NCBI GenBank assembly: GCA_030668825.1
Contig: DAOVET010000008.1
Location: 1 to 56,316, forward strand
Direction: 5' to 3'
Length of the DNA: 56,316 nucleotides
From: Candidatus Heimdallarchaeota archaeon
Lineage (GTDB): Archaea > Asgardarchaeota > Heimdallarchaeia > Heimdallarchaeales > Heimdallarchaeaceae
Part shown: piece by piece, positions 47,201-55,101 of the stretch
Position numbering within the stretch: the first letter of the stretch is position 1
Layout: each line of letters starts with the position of its first letter
The notes under the pieces: generated by a model
Told to the model about the DNA's origin: nothing
Seen by the model: the letters and a program-made list of their open reading frames with translations, nothing else
Database searches by the model: none
Translations under genes and position numbers: made by a program

Positions 47201-47332
47201 TGTAAAACTTGTAATTGTAATTTGCACTCCCACCATTAAAGATACACCAAGAGCAATAGCTATCAAAGTACCTATGTTCTTTCCTAATCGTCTTTTGAAG
47301 GTTTTTTGCATTAAATTGTTAATATAACTCAT
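44294..47332 (-). CDS. FtsX/MacB-like ABC permease with two FtsX repeats
   Basis: DRIQQLGILRAIGA and ERRREIGMMRAIG, each followed by P..RAS. Two large extracytoplasmic domains. Confidence 0.92.
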   Translation of the reverse strand: MSYINNLMQKTFKRRLGKNIGTLIAIALGVSLMVGVQITITSFTSTAVDFFVDAIGENDIVISGFGLPITDYESIIDTIDNSVVDYAAINARISQNVAVYNLESGDLEKRVSFTGVELNEDPVFGKFYDENGTEMRKLDLIRHFSNESHVLLGSNLIDDLNVAVGSNIKIRIGEFDPIGLKFDYKTYDLKVVGFLNDEGKGKEFGGRALWTSIDNIRSIVGFAPNQCTDINIALSSNHKENPVDNDYAIFVEGQLKLILDAENTGLIIVAFRALLLDITDEVLADVLLAFNLFGALIIFSGILLLVNIQLIQVEDRIQQLGILRAIGARRREIVRLFMVESTVLGFIGSFLGVAGGYGMSAFLVNRIGQTFFDGVIDLKPTVTIGAVVYSIVLGLILSVGAGVFPAIRASRIDVIEVIRGIKKVGRKRTGKITLGFGLTFLLGGIGIFAAQYTVYGSFFTKAGWDTAIEQWMFMGAAAAFLIGVSFLLGYLFSRKFLGNGIGLTFVGIAIAMLIFSVTQLKDVRENSQILVTLAVVLALGSIIWVGVNLKSVTNFFRTVLYKTRLKKGVSLISSKYMTSKSMRSSLTFGIFALVLTMNIFAAVYQSTYAYNTLESVEFLSGGAPIFIELDTPIANETLVNVEQDLYAVDEAITNVKGINSTIALIQVDEEVSELEIPTDIFPSYVHLIYNDTFKEGDDYIFDFMFDTSLPYFFEDYRPGGSENYQREYSHQIWDYYYNRTKFSRDGTEIDNVEGLPTVLTTSPFLLPGNIFNITSFIGTPIEVIVLANVRQYPFSQSQGLPSLLITPDFYPKLIPNFALYPKHTRYLVSTSEDFRIGRNTEIASNIEEFFNGNGSLLVQNEDFVAASAYNVWEVMLELVDFQVKTFDFLQYFVGFGLIVGALGMIIIAVRNVAERRREIGMMRAIGYKKRQIIGTIMIEIFILALLGLVMGFLNSLMLGWSFANIYDWTLILPGWRILIYTGIMIGIAIIASIVPGIRASQITPAEAIRYVG

Positions 47333-47480
47333 GAGTATTCTTTGCCTTGGGTTCTTAATTATGCGTTGTATAGTCTAATTCAGATATATAAATCATCTTT
47401 TATATAAAAGAAAATCGACCTCTTTACATTACTATTATGTTAACTAAACATTCTTAAAATGTTATATTGAACAAAAGATT

Positions 47481-48053
47481 ATGACAGACATTAATCAAAC
47501 AAACTCACCTTTTGAAGGAGAAAAAGTTAGATTAAGATCTCTAGAAAAAAGTGATTTAGACGATATTATGAAACACTGGAATACTTATGAATCACGTGTC
47601 GGTTTAGGAACAGTTATTCCTATGTCTACCATGATGGAGGAAGAATTCATTCAAAACTCTCATGAAAAAGCCAAATCAGGAAGAGGTTATAATTTCGCAA
47701 TAGAAACACTAGAAACTAAGGAATTCTTAGGTACATGTGGTATCGAAGATATCATGCAAGTAAACAGATCAGCTGCTATTGGTATTTCAATTCATAATCC
47801 AGAAAATCATAACAAAGGTTATGATACAGACGCAATGATTTGTTTACTTAAAGTTGGTTTTCTGGTATTGAATTTTCACAGATTAGAATTGATGGTAATG
47901 GATTACAATAAAAGTGCAATCCATGTTTACGAGAAGATTGGTTTCAAAGAAGTAGGTTTGAAAAGAGAAGCACATTTTCTTCAAGGAAAATATCATGATG
48001 TCTATATGATGGACATCCTAGCCAAGGAGTTTAAGAAACTATATCCAAATTAA
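47481..48053 (+). CDS. GNAT N-acetyltransferase, RimJ/RimL family
   Basis: VRLRSLE..D, LNFHRLEL.V...N..AI.VYEKIGF..VG..RE motifs. Confidence 0.9.
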   Translation: MTDINQTNSPFEGEKVRLRSLEKSDLDDIMKHWNTYESRVGLGTVIPMSTMMEEEFIQNSHEKAKSGRGYNFAIETLETKEFLGTCGIEDIMQVNRSAAIGISIHNPENHNKGYDTDAMICLLKVGFLVLNFHRLELMVMDYNKSAIHVYEKIGFKEVGLKREAHFLQGKYHDVYMMDILAKEFKKLYPN

Positions 48054-48117
48054 CTCTTTTTTCACTTCCTATGGCACAAGTTTTTTAATCAAGTATGGAA
48101 ACCAAACTTTGTTCTTT

Positions 48118-49671
48118 ATGGAATCAGTAACTGGAAATAACAACAGTTCTAAACCTCAAATTAAAATTTGGGTTCTAGTTTCAGCTACTGGTTTAGGAGC
48201 TTTTCTTGCATCACTAGATGGAACAATTGTATTTATAGGCTTGAAAACTATTAGAGATAGTCTAGGAGTTTCACAAAACGCAGTCCAATGGGTTATCTTA
48301 AGCTATTTATTAACCATGATAGCTTTTTCAACTATTGCAGGAGATTTAGGTGACAGGTTTTCCAATAAACTGATTTTTCAAATAGGGATGGCTATATTTT
48401 CATTGGCTTCTCTTCTCTGTTTCTTTGCCAAAACGCTTCTTGCTTTGATTATTTTCAGAGTATTACAAGGAATAGGTGCTACTGGTTTAGTAGCTAATGG
48501 TATGGCCATAATTACTAGATTTACAACAAAACAGAATAGAGGGTTAGCAATCGGTTTGAATTCCTTAATTATTGCTTTAGCTCTATCTATAGGACCAATT
48601 CTAGGAGGTGTTATCACTGTTTATCTTCGTTGGGGATGGATATTTTTAATTAACGTTCCAATAGGCATAGCAGGATTATTCTGGGTTCAAGTTATTATAC
48701 CTAAAACACCTCCAATTGAAGAAAAAAGAAGAAAAGCAGATGTTCTAGGTTCTACATTTTTAGCATTATTTCTCTTTTTAATGGTTTTTAGTTTCAGTAT
48801 CTTTGCTAGTATTTTTGACGAAGTGAGTCTTTTTGGTAGTTATACAGCCACGTGGAGTGTAATATGTTTAGGAATGAGCATATTATGTCTTATAGCATTT
48901 GTTTTATGGGAAAGAAAAACGGAGAATCCTTTAGTAGATCTATCTATGTTTAAGAATAGAAGATTCGCGGTAGGTATTTTCTCAGCCATATTTGCTTATC
49001 TAGGATTGTGTGTTATCATCTTTCAACTTCCATTATTTGTTCAAGATGTTCTAGGTTTATCTCAGATAGAAACGGGTTTAATCATTCTAGGAACCCCAAT
49101 AGCTATGGCAATAACTGCTGTTATTTCCGGATATTTATCTGGTAGAATTGATGCTAAATATATTACTACACTTGGAATTGGTATCATGACCCTTTCTCTA
49201 GTGTTCGGTGCTGTTTTTACAAGAGCTAATGTAAAGAACTGGGTTCTTGTGATTATAGCAATTATTATTGGTATTGCGCTAGGAGCCTTTATTGCACCTA
49301 ATAACACTTCGGTAATGTCATCATCTCCAGAAAATAAACTAGGGGTTGCAAATGGTATGCTAAGTCTATCAACTAATTTTGGATTCAGTTTGGGTACGGC
49401 ATTAGCAACTTCTGTATTCATCTACAGTCAAAACTTCTTTAAAAGGAAAATTGGAGTCATTTTTGAAGATCCAGCTAATTTATTTGTTTTCAGTCAAAAT
49501 TCCTTCCAAAGGAGAATTGGAATCATTATTGAAAATCCAGTTACTTATGTAGCCGCTATGAAAGTACTATTTGCAGTGTTTGCAGTTTTCATGTTCTTCT
49601 CAACAATATTCTCATACTTTAGAGGTCCTGACCCATTTAAAAGGAGAGAAAAGATGAAAAAGAGGAATTAA
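48118..49671 (+). CDS. MFS transporter, DHA2 (EmrB/QacA) family
   Basis: LDGTIV, QWV..SYLL, GDLGDRF, FRVLQGIG, WGWIFLINVPIG and P.VDL.MF motifs. Confidence 0.92.
   Translation: MESVTGNNNSSKPQIKIWVLVSATGLGAFLASLDGTIVFIGLKTIRDSLGVSQNAVQWVILSYLLTMIAFSTIAGDLGDRFSNKLIFQIGMAIFSLASLLCFFAKTLLALIIFRVLQGIGATGLVANGMAIITRFTTKQNRGLAIGLNSLIIALALSIGPILGGVITVYLRWGWIFLINVPIGIAGLFWVQVIIPKTPPIEEKRRKADVLGSTFLALFLFLMVFSFSIFASIFDEVSLFGSYTATWSVICLGMSILCLIAFVLWERKTENPLVDLSMFKNRRFAVGIFSAIFAYLGLCVIIFQLPLFVQDVLGLSQIETGLIILGTPIAMAITAVISGYLSGRIDAKYITTLGIGIMTLSLVFGAVFTRANVKNWVLVIIAIIIGIALGAFIAPNNTSVMSSSPENKLGVANGMLSLSTNFGFSLGTALATSVFIYSQNFFKRKIGVIFEDPANLFVFSQNSFQRRIGIIIENPVTYVAAMKVLFAVFAVFMFFSTIFSYFRGPDPFKRREKMKKRN
49417..49548 (+). 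repeat. Imperfect 66-nt in-frame tandem duplication inside the DHA2 gene
   Basis: CAGTCAAAA recurs at 49425 and 49491. The peptides are FIYSQNFFKRKIGVIFEDPANL and FVFSQNSFQRRIGIIIENPVTY. Confidence 0.85.
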
Positions 49672-50726
49672 ATCTTGCAAAAATTAACTACCAACTTTAT
49701 TGTTTCTATAATATCATCTACTTGTAGTAAACCAGCATTTGCATGAATATACCTACAGGGTACAGAAATTACGCCTGAAGGAACGCCTGATCTTGTAATA
49801 GATATCTTACCCGCATCGGTTCCTCCATATATTGGTTTCTTATATTGCCACGTAATTCCATTCTTGTCGGCTGCTGTTTTAATTCTATCAAGAATCTTCT
49901 TTGGTACAATTAATGATTTATCTGCTACTGTTACAGCAGGTCCACTTCCTAGTTTTGTAATCATTTTTGCTGGAGGAACACCAGGAACATCGCTAGCAAT
50001 GGTGTTCTCAAGAGCCAAAGCAATACTTGGGTCCAATGTAAAACCTGCTACTGTAGCTCCCCTACCTCCAACTTCTTCTTGCACTGCAAAAGTAATCATA
50101 AGTGTATTTGGGATTTCGATATCCTTTAGCTGTTCCAGTACTTGTAACAAAACATTACATGCTGTACGATCATCAAATGCTTTTCCTAGTAGAACATTGT
50201 CATTAAGTTGTTTACATTCAGTGTAGAATGTTCCTACTGAACCTATATCTAAATCCATATCTCTTACTTCTTGATATGATTTACACCCTATATCTACAAA
50301 CATTTCATTTATGGGTGGAACTTTTTCTCTATCTTCTGGTCTGGTAATGTGAGGTGGAAATGTCCCTACAACACCGATAATTCTTTTTCTTTCTGTAGTG
50401 TAAAATTGAATTAAAGCTCCCAACATCAAGCGTTTGTCGATTCCTCCAAGCGTTTCAATTGTGATAAAGCCGAGATCATCAATATGTGAAATCATAAATC
50501 CTACTTCATCAACATGCGCATCGAGCATTATTCTTAACCCGTTGGGGTCAGAACCTTCTTTGATTGCCAATACATTTCCTAGAGGATCAATCCAGGCTCT
50601 ATCTACAGCTAATTTTTCCAGTTTCACTAGAATGTAGTCAGTTACTTCAGCTTCATGCCCAGGACACCCAATTAGATTGCTAAGTTCGATTTGGGTTTCG
50701 ATGACTTTTTTTCTGTCAATAGTCAT
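49668..50726 (-). CDS. M42 family (TET) aminopeptidase
   Basis: AHVDEVG, GGID, KAFDDR, VQEEVG, GGTDAG and PCRYIH motifs. Confidence 0.93.
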   Translation of the reverse strand: MTIDRKKVIETQIELSNLIGCPGHEAEVTDYILVKLEKLAVDRAWIDPLGNVLAIKEGSDPNGLRIMLDAHVDEVGFMISHIDDLGFITIETLGGIDKRLMLGALIQFYTTERKRIIGVVGTFPPHITRPEDREKVPPINEMFVDIGCKSYQEVRDMDLDIGSVGTFYTECKQLNDNVLLGKAFDDRTACNVLLQVLEQLKDIEIPNTLMITFAVQEEVGGRGATVAGFTLDPSIALALENTIASDVPGVPPAKMITKLGSGPAVTVADKSLIVPKKILDRIKTAADKNGITWQYKKPIYGGTDAGKISITRSGVPSGVISVPCRYIHANAGLLQVDDIIETIKLVVNFCKI

Positions 50727-50859
50727 GGTATCTCAAATTTATTGAGGTTTTACATTTTCTTAAGATTTTCTCTTTGGAATAAGTCTCTTTTCCCTATCTA
50801 TGAATATTTGATATGTAGTAATATTTATTTAACATCTTTATTCAATTTTGTTGATTATT

Positions 50860-51660
50860 ATGAAGATTATTGTGTTTATAGAACAAATAGTAAGCACACA
50901 GGTTAAGCTTCAAGGAGTGGATTATTTTGATCCCTCACGCGTTAGTGAAGATGATTTAATCATTAACCCTTCGAGTAAAAACGCTCTGGAAGGAGCTCTA
51001 AAACTTAAAGATCAACTTGGAGCAGAAGTTACAGTTGTGTGTGTGAGAGGTTTAAAACCCAACAAAGCTTTGAGAGAAGCAATAGCAATGGGTTGTACTG
51101 ACGCTATCGAGATAGCAGATGAAACCATATACACTGATGATCCTCTTCTGTTAGCTAAAGTATATGTTGAAACTTTAGAAAAAATAGGAGAGTTTGATTT
51201 AGTCTTTCTAGAAGCTGAAGAACAAGCAACTGGTTCATATGCAATAGGAGCCATGTTATCGGAGAAACTTGGTTTACCAAGTGTTCTCTATGCTGAAGAA
51301 CTTGAAGTTATAGATTCAGGATATAAAGTTGGACATGTGTTAGAAGGGGGTAGAAAGATTGTAGCAATGCCCAGTAAAGGAATTATTAGCTGTAGCGACA
51401 GCCAATATTTCACCCCAAGATATACTTCCATGAGAGGAATTCTAACTGCTAAAAGAGCTGTAATTCCTACTTGGACAGCAGCTGATTTAGGTCTCAGTTC
51501 TAGTGTTGTAGGAAAGGAAGCAACTTCGTTGATTGAAGTGTCATTGTCAAATATTATCCTTGAGAAAGAAAGTTACATAATCAAGGAAGGTGAACCTGAG
51601 GAAAAAGTTGAAAATCTTCTTGCTAAGCTGAAAGAAGATGAAGTTAAATTAGGAGCGTGA
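50860..51660 (+). CDS. etfB: Electron transfer flavoprotein beta subunit (FixA-like), divergent
   Basis: INP...NALE.AL, LREAIAMG and recognition loop PRYTSMRGILTAKRA. The start was set at ATG 50860. Confidence 0.88.
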   Translation: MKIIVFIEQIVSTQVKLQGVDYFDPSRVSEDDLIINPSSKNALEGALKLKDQLGAEVTVVCVRGLKPNKALREAIAMGCTDAIEIADETIYTDDPLLLAKVYVETLEKIGEFDLVFLEAEEQATGSYAIGAMLSEKLGLPSVLYAEELEVIDSGYKVGHVLEGGRKIVAMPSKGIISCSDSQYFTPRYTSMRGILTAKRAVIPTWTAADLGLSSSVVGKEATSLIEVSLSNIILEKESYIIKEGEPEEKVENLLAKLKEDEVKLGA

Positions 51661-52625
51661 TTATGGTGAAATCATTAGTATTTGGTCAGATTAGAGAAGA
51701 TAACATTGAGGAAAATACTCTTGGTGTCTTAAACAAATTGACAGAGATATCTGAAATTAGTGAAATTGTAGTTGCACTGCTAGGGCATGAAATAAAAGAT
51801 GAATGGATAGAAAAACTTGGGAAGCATGGTGCTTCTAAAGTCATTACTGTTAAAGCTCCTGAATTAGAAGTTTATCTCAGTAGACCTTATGTTAAAGCAG
51901 TACTAGAAATTATTAAAATAACTGAACCCAAGCTAGTTATAGCTGCTGGAACTGTATATGGAGAGGATCTAATTCCAAGACTTGCAGTTCATCATGGAGT
52001 TTCTTGTGCTCAACGAATAAATGATATTTCATCAGTTGGTGTTGAACTACATTTCCATACTCCAGTTAGAGATGATCAAGCAATGAAAGTTACCAAAATT
52101 GAAGGTACTATTAAGTTCGCAACTTCTAGAGCAGGTGCATTCTTTGTGAATGAAAATCCAACTGGTGGTTCGCCAAATGTTGAATCTCTTGATGTTACTT
52201 TCAGTGAAGATGATTTTCTTGTAAAACATATAGAAATCAAGAAAGCTGAGAGAACTGTTAATTTGAAAGACGCAAAGGTTATAGTTGCAGGTGGAAGAGG
52301 AGTTGGTGGAAAGGCACAATTCCAGATTATTAGAGAACTTGCTGAGATTTTGGGTGGTGAAATTGGAGCTACTCGAGCATGTACAGATGTTCATTGGATT
52401 GAAGAAACATATGAGATTGGACAAACAGGACAATCAGTTTCACCAGATCTCTATATTGCCGCAGGTATAAGTGGAGCCCCACAACATGTGAGTGGCATCA
52501 AAGCAAAAACTCTGATAGCAATAAACACTGATGAGGGAGCTGCAATCTTTAACTTTGCTGATTATGGTATTGTTGGAGATCTTCATGTAATTCTTCCTAT
52601 CCTTAAGCAAAAGCTCCAAGGATAA
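51657..52625 (+). CDS. etfA: Electron transfer flavoprotein alpha subunit (FixB-like)
   Basis: VAGGRGVG, GATRA, IGQTG, LYIAAGISGAPQH and AINTD..A.IF motifs. Confidence 0.93.
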   Translation: MIMVKSLVFGQIREDNIEENTLGVLNKLTEISEISEIVVALLGHEIKDEWIEKLGKHGASKVITVKAPELEVYLSRPYVKAVLEIIKITEPKLVIAAGTVYGEDLIPRLAVHHGVSCAQRINDISSVGVELHFHTPVRDDQAMKVTKIEGTIKFATSRAGAFFVNENPTGGSPNVESLDVTFSEDDFLVKHIEIKKAERTVNLKDAKVIVAGGRGVGGKAQFQIIRELAEILGGEIGATRACTDVHWIEETYEIGQTGQSVSPDLYIAAGISGAPQHVSGIKAKTLIAINTDEGAAIFNFADYGIVGDLHVILPILKQKLQG

Positions 52626-52666
52626 TCTTTTTTTCTTTTTTAAACAAACTTTAAATAAAAAATTGA

Positions 52667-53365
52667 GTGGTTATTCTCGTGAAAAGCTTATTCAGAAATG
52701 AACGAATAAATGAACTGAAAAACAATAGAGCTCCTATTAAGATTCTTGAAACAGCAAAGATAGTACTACATCTTATTGCAGAAGAATCTTCAACTATCGA
52801 TAAAAATTACAATATTGAAATAATCTCGCGAAATCCAAAGTATCTGAAACCTATCAAATACATTGGGATGGAAGTGAGTCACACATTCGATGGTTTTCTT
52901 ACATATACAACTGATTTATCCGGAGGAGCAAGATCTTACGCTCATTTATATCGAAGAGGAATAATAGAAGCTGTTGAAGGAAGCCTACTCAAGCCAATTG
53001 TAGAGAAAAAAGAGATCCCCAGTATAGATTTTGAGAAGGAAATAATTACAGCAATTCCAGATTATGTAGAAGTTTTCAAACGAATAGATGTTAAACCCCC
53101 TTTTAGTATGTTTCTTTCTCTTGTTGGTGTTGAAGGATATTTAATGAAATTGAACAAAGAGATACTGGGAGCTATTCCAACGCAGATACAAGAAGATGTA
53201 ATAAAACTAGATGAAATTTACATTGAAGATTATGGCGAAACAGAAGATATTCCTAGGTTAATCCAAACTTGGTTTGATGACATTTGGAATGCTTGTGGTA
53301 TGTTCAAATCCTTCAACTATGATGAAAATAGAAATTGGGGATATGGCTTAAATTCGTCTGAATAG
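52667..53365 (+). CDS. Hypothetical protein resembling the C-terminal region of Schlafen/AlbA_2-domain proteins
   Basis: FRNERI...AKIVLHLI, FDGFL, Y..LYR.GIIEAV, PP....LSL.GV.GY and FD.IWNA.G (recalled family pattern, unverified). Confidence 0.6.
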   Translation: MVILVKSLFRNERINELKNNRAPIKILETAKIVLHLIAEESSTIDKNYNIEIISRNPKYLKPIKYIGMEVSHTFDGFLTYTTDLSGGARSYAHLYRRGIIEAVEGSLLKPIVEKKEIPSIDFEKEIITAIPDYVEVFKRIDVKPPFSMFLSLVGVEGYLMKLNKEILGAIPTQIQEDVIKLDEIYIEDYGETEDIPRLIQTWFDDIWNACGMFKSFNYDENRNWGYGLNSSE

Positions 53366-53420
53366 TACTAATTTGACAATTAATATAGTTTATAAATAAA
53401 TAATTAGAAATCAAATCATA

Positions 53421-54716
53421 ATGTCAGAAGAATTTGATTTTGATGTGGCTATAGTTGGTGCAGGACCCGCTGGTATTTCAGCAGCATTAATACTTGCTAA
53501 AGCTGGTATCGAAACAGTTGTTTTAGAAAGAGGACAATATTCTGGTGCTAAGAACGTTAGTGGTGCAGCTTTATATGGTCCTATCCTAAATGAATTAATC
53601 CCGAATTACTGGGAAGATGAGAATTCATTTGAAAGATATCTTACAACCAAAAAAATAACACTACTTTCTGAGTCTAAAAGCGTAACAATTGATGCAGATC
53701 TTAGGAATTTCAATCAAGTTCCATACAATGGTGTTACAGTTATAAGACCTAAGTTCGACCGATGGTTAGCCGATAAAGCAGAAGAAGCTGGAGCTATGAT
53801 ATTACCAGATACAATGGTAGAAGACTTAGTGTGGAATGATAAACAGATTATTGGTGTAAAATCAGGAGATGAAGTTCTCAAAGCGAATCTAGTAATTATT
53901 GCAGAAGGTGCAAATAGTATGCTGGTTGAGAAAGCAAAACTAGCTAAAAAACCAAAACCTCGTCATTATGCTCTTGGTATGAAAGAGACCTATAAACTAC
54001 CTAAGAAAAAAATCGAAGAGAGATTTCATTTAGATGATAACGAAGGTATGAGCAACGAAATTATAGGGTATTCAAAAGGTATTCCTGGTGGTGGATTCTA
54101 CTATACAAATCAGGATACAGTTTCTTTCGGGCTCATCCTTAATATGGCTGTTTTAACCAAGAAAAAACTTAAAGCACCTGAAGTTTTTGAGGAGTTCAAG
54201 GAACATTCTTATATCAAAAAACTGCTCAAAGATGCCGAAATGATAGAATATTCGGCTCATACAATTCCAAAGGGTGGTTTCAAGCATATGCCAAAATTAT
54301 ATGGTAATGGTGTTTTAGTCGTCGGTGATGCAGCTGGTATGGTTCTGAATGCAGGTTTATACATAGAAGGGATAAATTTCGCCTTAGAATCAGGCAAAGT
54401 AGCCGGAGAAGCAGCAATAGAAATATTACAAACAAACAATTATACTAAAAAACAAACTAAAATATACAAGAAGAAACTTAAAGAGAGCTTCGCTTACAAA
54501 GACCTTAAAACATTCAAAAGAGCTTCACACTTTCTAGATAATAGAATGATGTTTACTTATGTTCCTGATTTATTGACAGGATTGTTCGAAAAACTATTAC
54601 GAAATAATGGATATCCGAGGAAGAGAATAGTTACATCAGCCATAGGATATGTTTTCAAGAAGGGAAACTTGTTTGGATTATTAAAACTTCTAATTGGAGC
54701 GGTGAGATCATTATGA
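53421..54716 (+). CDS. fixC: ETF-quinone oxidoreductase, FixC family
   Basis: VGAGPAG, ERG..SGAKNVSG, R.KFDRWL, EYSAH.IP.GG and VGDAAG motifs. Confidence 0.92.
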   Translation: MSEEFDFDVAIVGAGPAGISAALILAKAGIETVVLERGQYSGAKNVSGAALYGPILNELIPNYWEDENSFERYLTTKKITLLSESKSVTIDADLRNFNQVPYNGVTVIRPKFDRWLADKAEEAGAMILPDTMVEDLVWNDKQIIGVKSGDEVLKANLVIIAEGANSMLVEKAKLAKKPKPRHYALGMKETYKLPKKKIEERFHLDDNEGMSNEIIGYSKGIPGGGFYYTNQDTVSFGLILNMAVLTKKKLKAPEVFEEFKEHSYIKKLLKDAEMIEYSAHTIPKGGFKHMPKLYGNGVLVVGDAAGMVLNAGLYIEGINFALESGKVAGEAAIEILQTNNYTKKQTKIYKKKLKESFAYKDLKTFKRASHFLDNRMMFTYVPDLLTGLFEKLLRNNGYPRKRIVTSAIGYVFKKGNLFGLLKLLIGAVRSL

Positions 54717-55024
54717 GCAAATCAAACAAACCCAAAACACTAGAGGAAAAATTAGATCTAACAAAAATTACAACCGATCATAATTATGCACATATTGAGA
54801 TAAATCCAGAAATCTGTAAAGCAAAGTGTACAACTTATGATTGTGTTTATGGATGCCCAGCAGATTGTTATAAATTTACAGAAGGAGAGGAAGCAGAAGG
54901 ACCAGTTGTCTTTGATTATGTAGCATGTCTTGAGTGTTCCGCATGTCGTCTTGTTTGTCCTCATGGTAGTGTTGATTGGAAATATCCTAAAGGTGGATTT
55001 GGAGTAGAATTCAAACACAGTTAA
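54713..55024 (+). CDS. fixX: Ferredoxin-like protein FixX
   Basis: HIEI, CPADCY, CLECSACRLVC and W.YP.GGFGV. ATGA overlap with fixC. Confidence 0.92.
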   Translation: MSKSNKPKTLEEKLDLTKITTDHNYAHIEINPEICKAKCTTYDCVYGCPADCYKFTEGEEAEGPVVFDYVACLECSACRLVCPHGSVDWKYPKGGFGVEFKHS

Positions 55025-55101
55025 ATTTATCCTATTTCCTCATTTTCTCCTTTAAATATTCAAATGTGGTTATTTTCTTAGTAATTCCTTGGTAAATTGG
55101 T

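Noticed and set aside
1187-55018. About 40 short alternative-frame or antisense ORFs in the track (e.g. 1187-1540, 2456-2710, 29448-29753, 49062-49421, 49864-50226, 52047-52433)
   Set aside because: They lie within or largely overlap well-supported genes, have no family motifs, and look like shadow frames.
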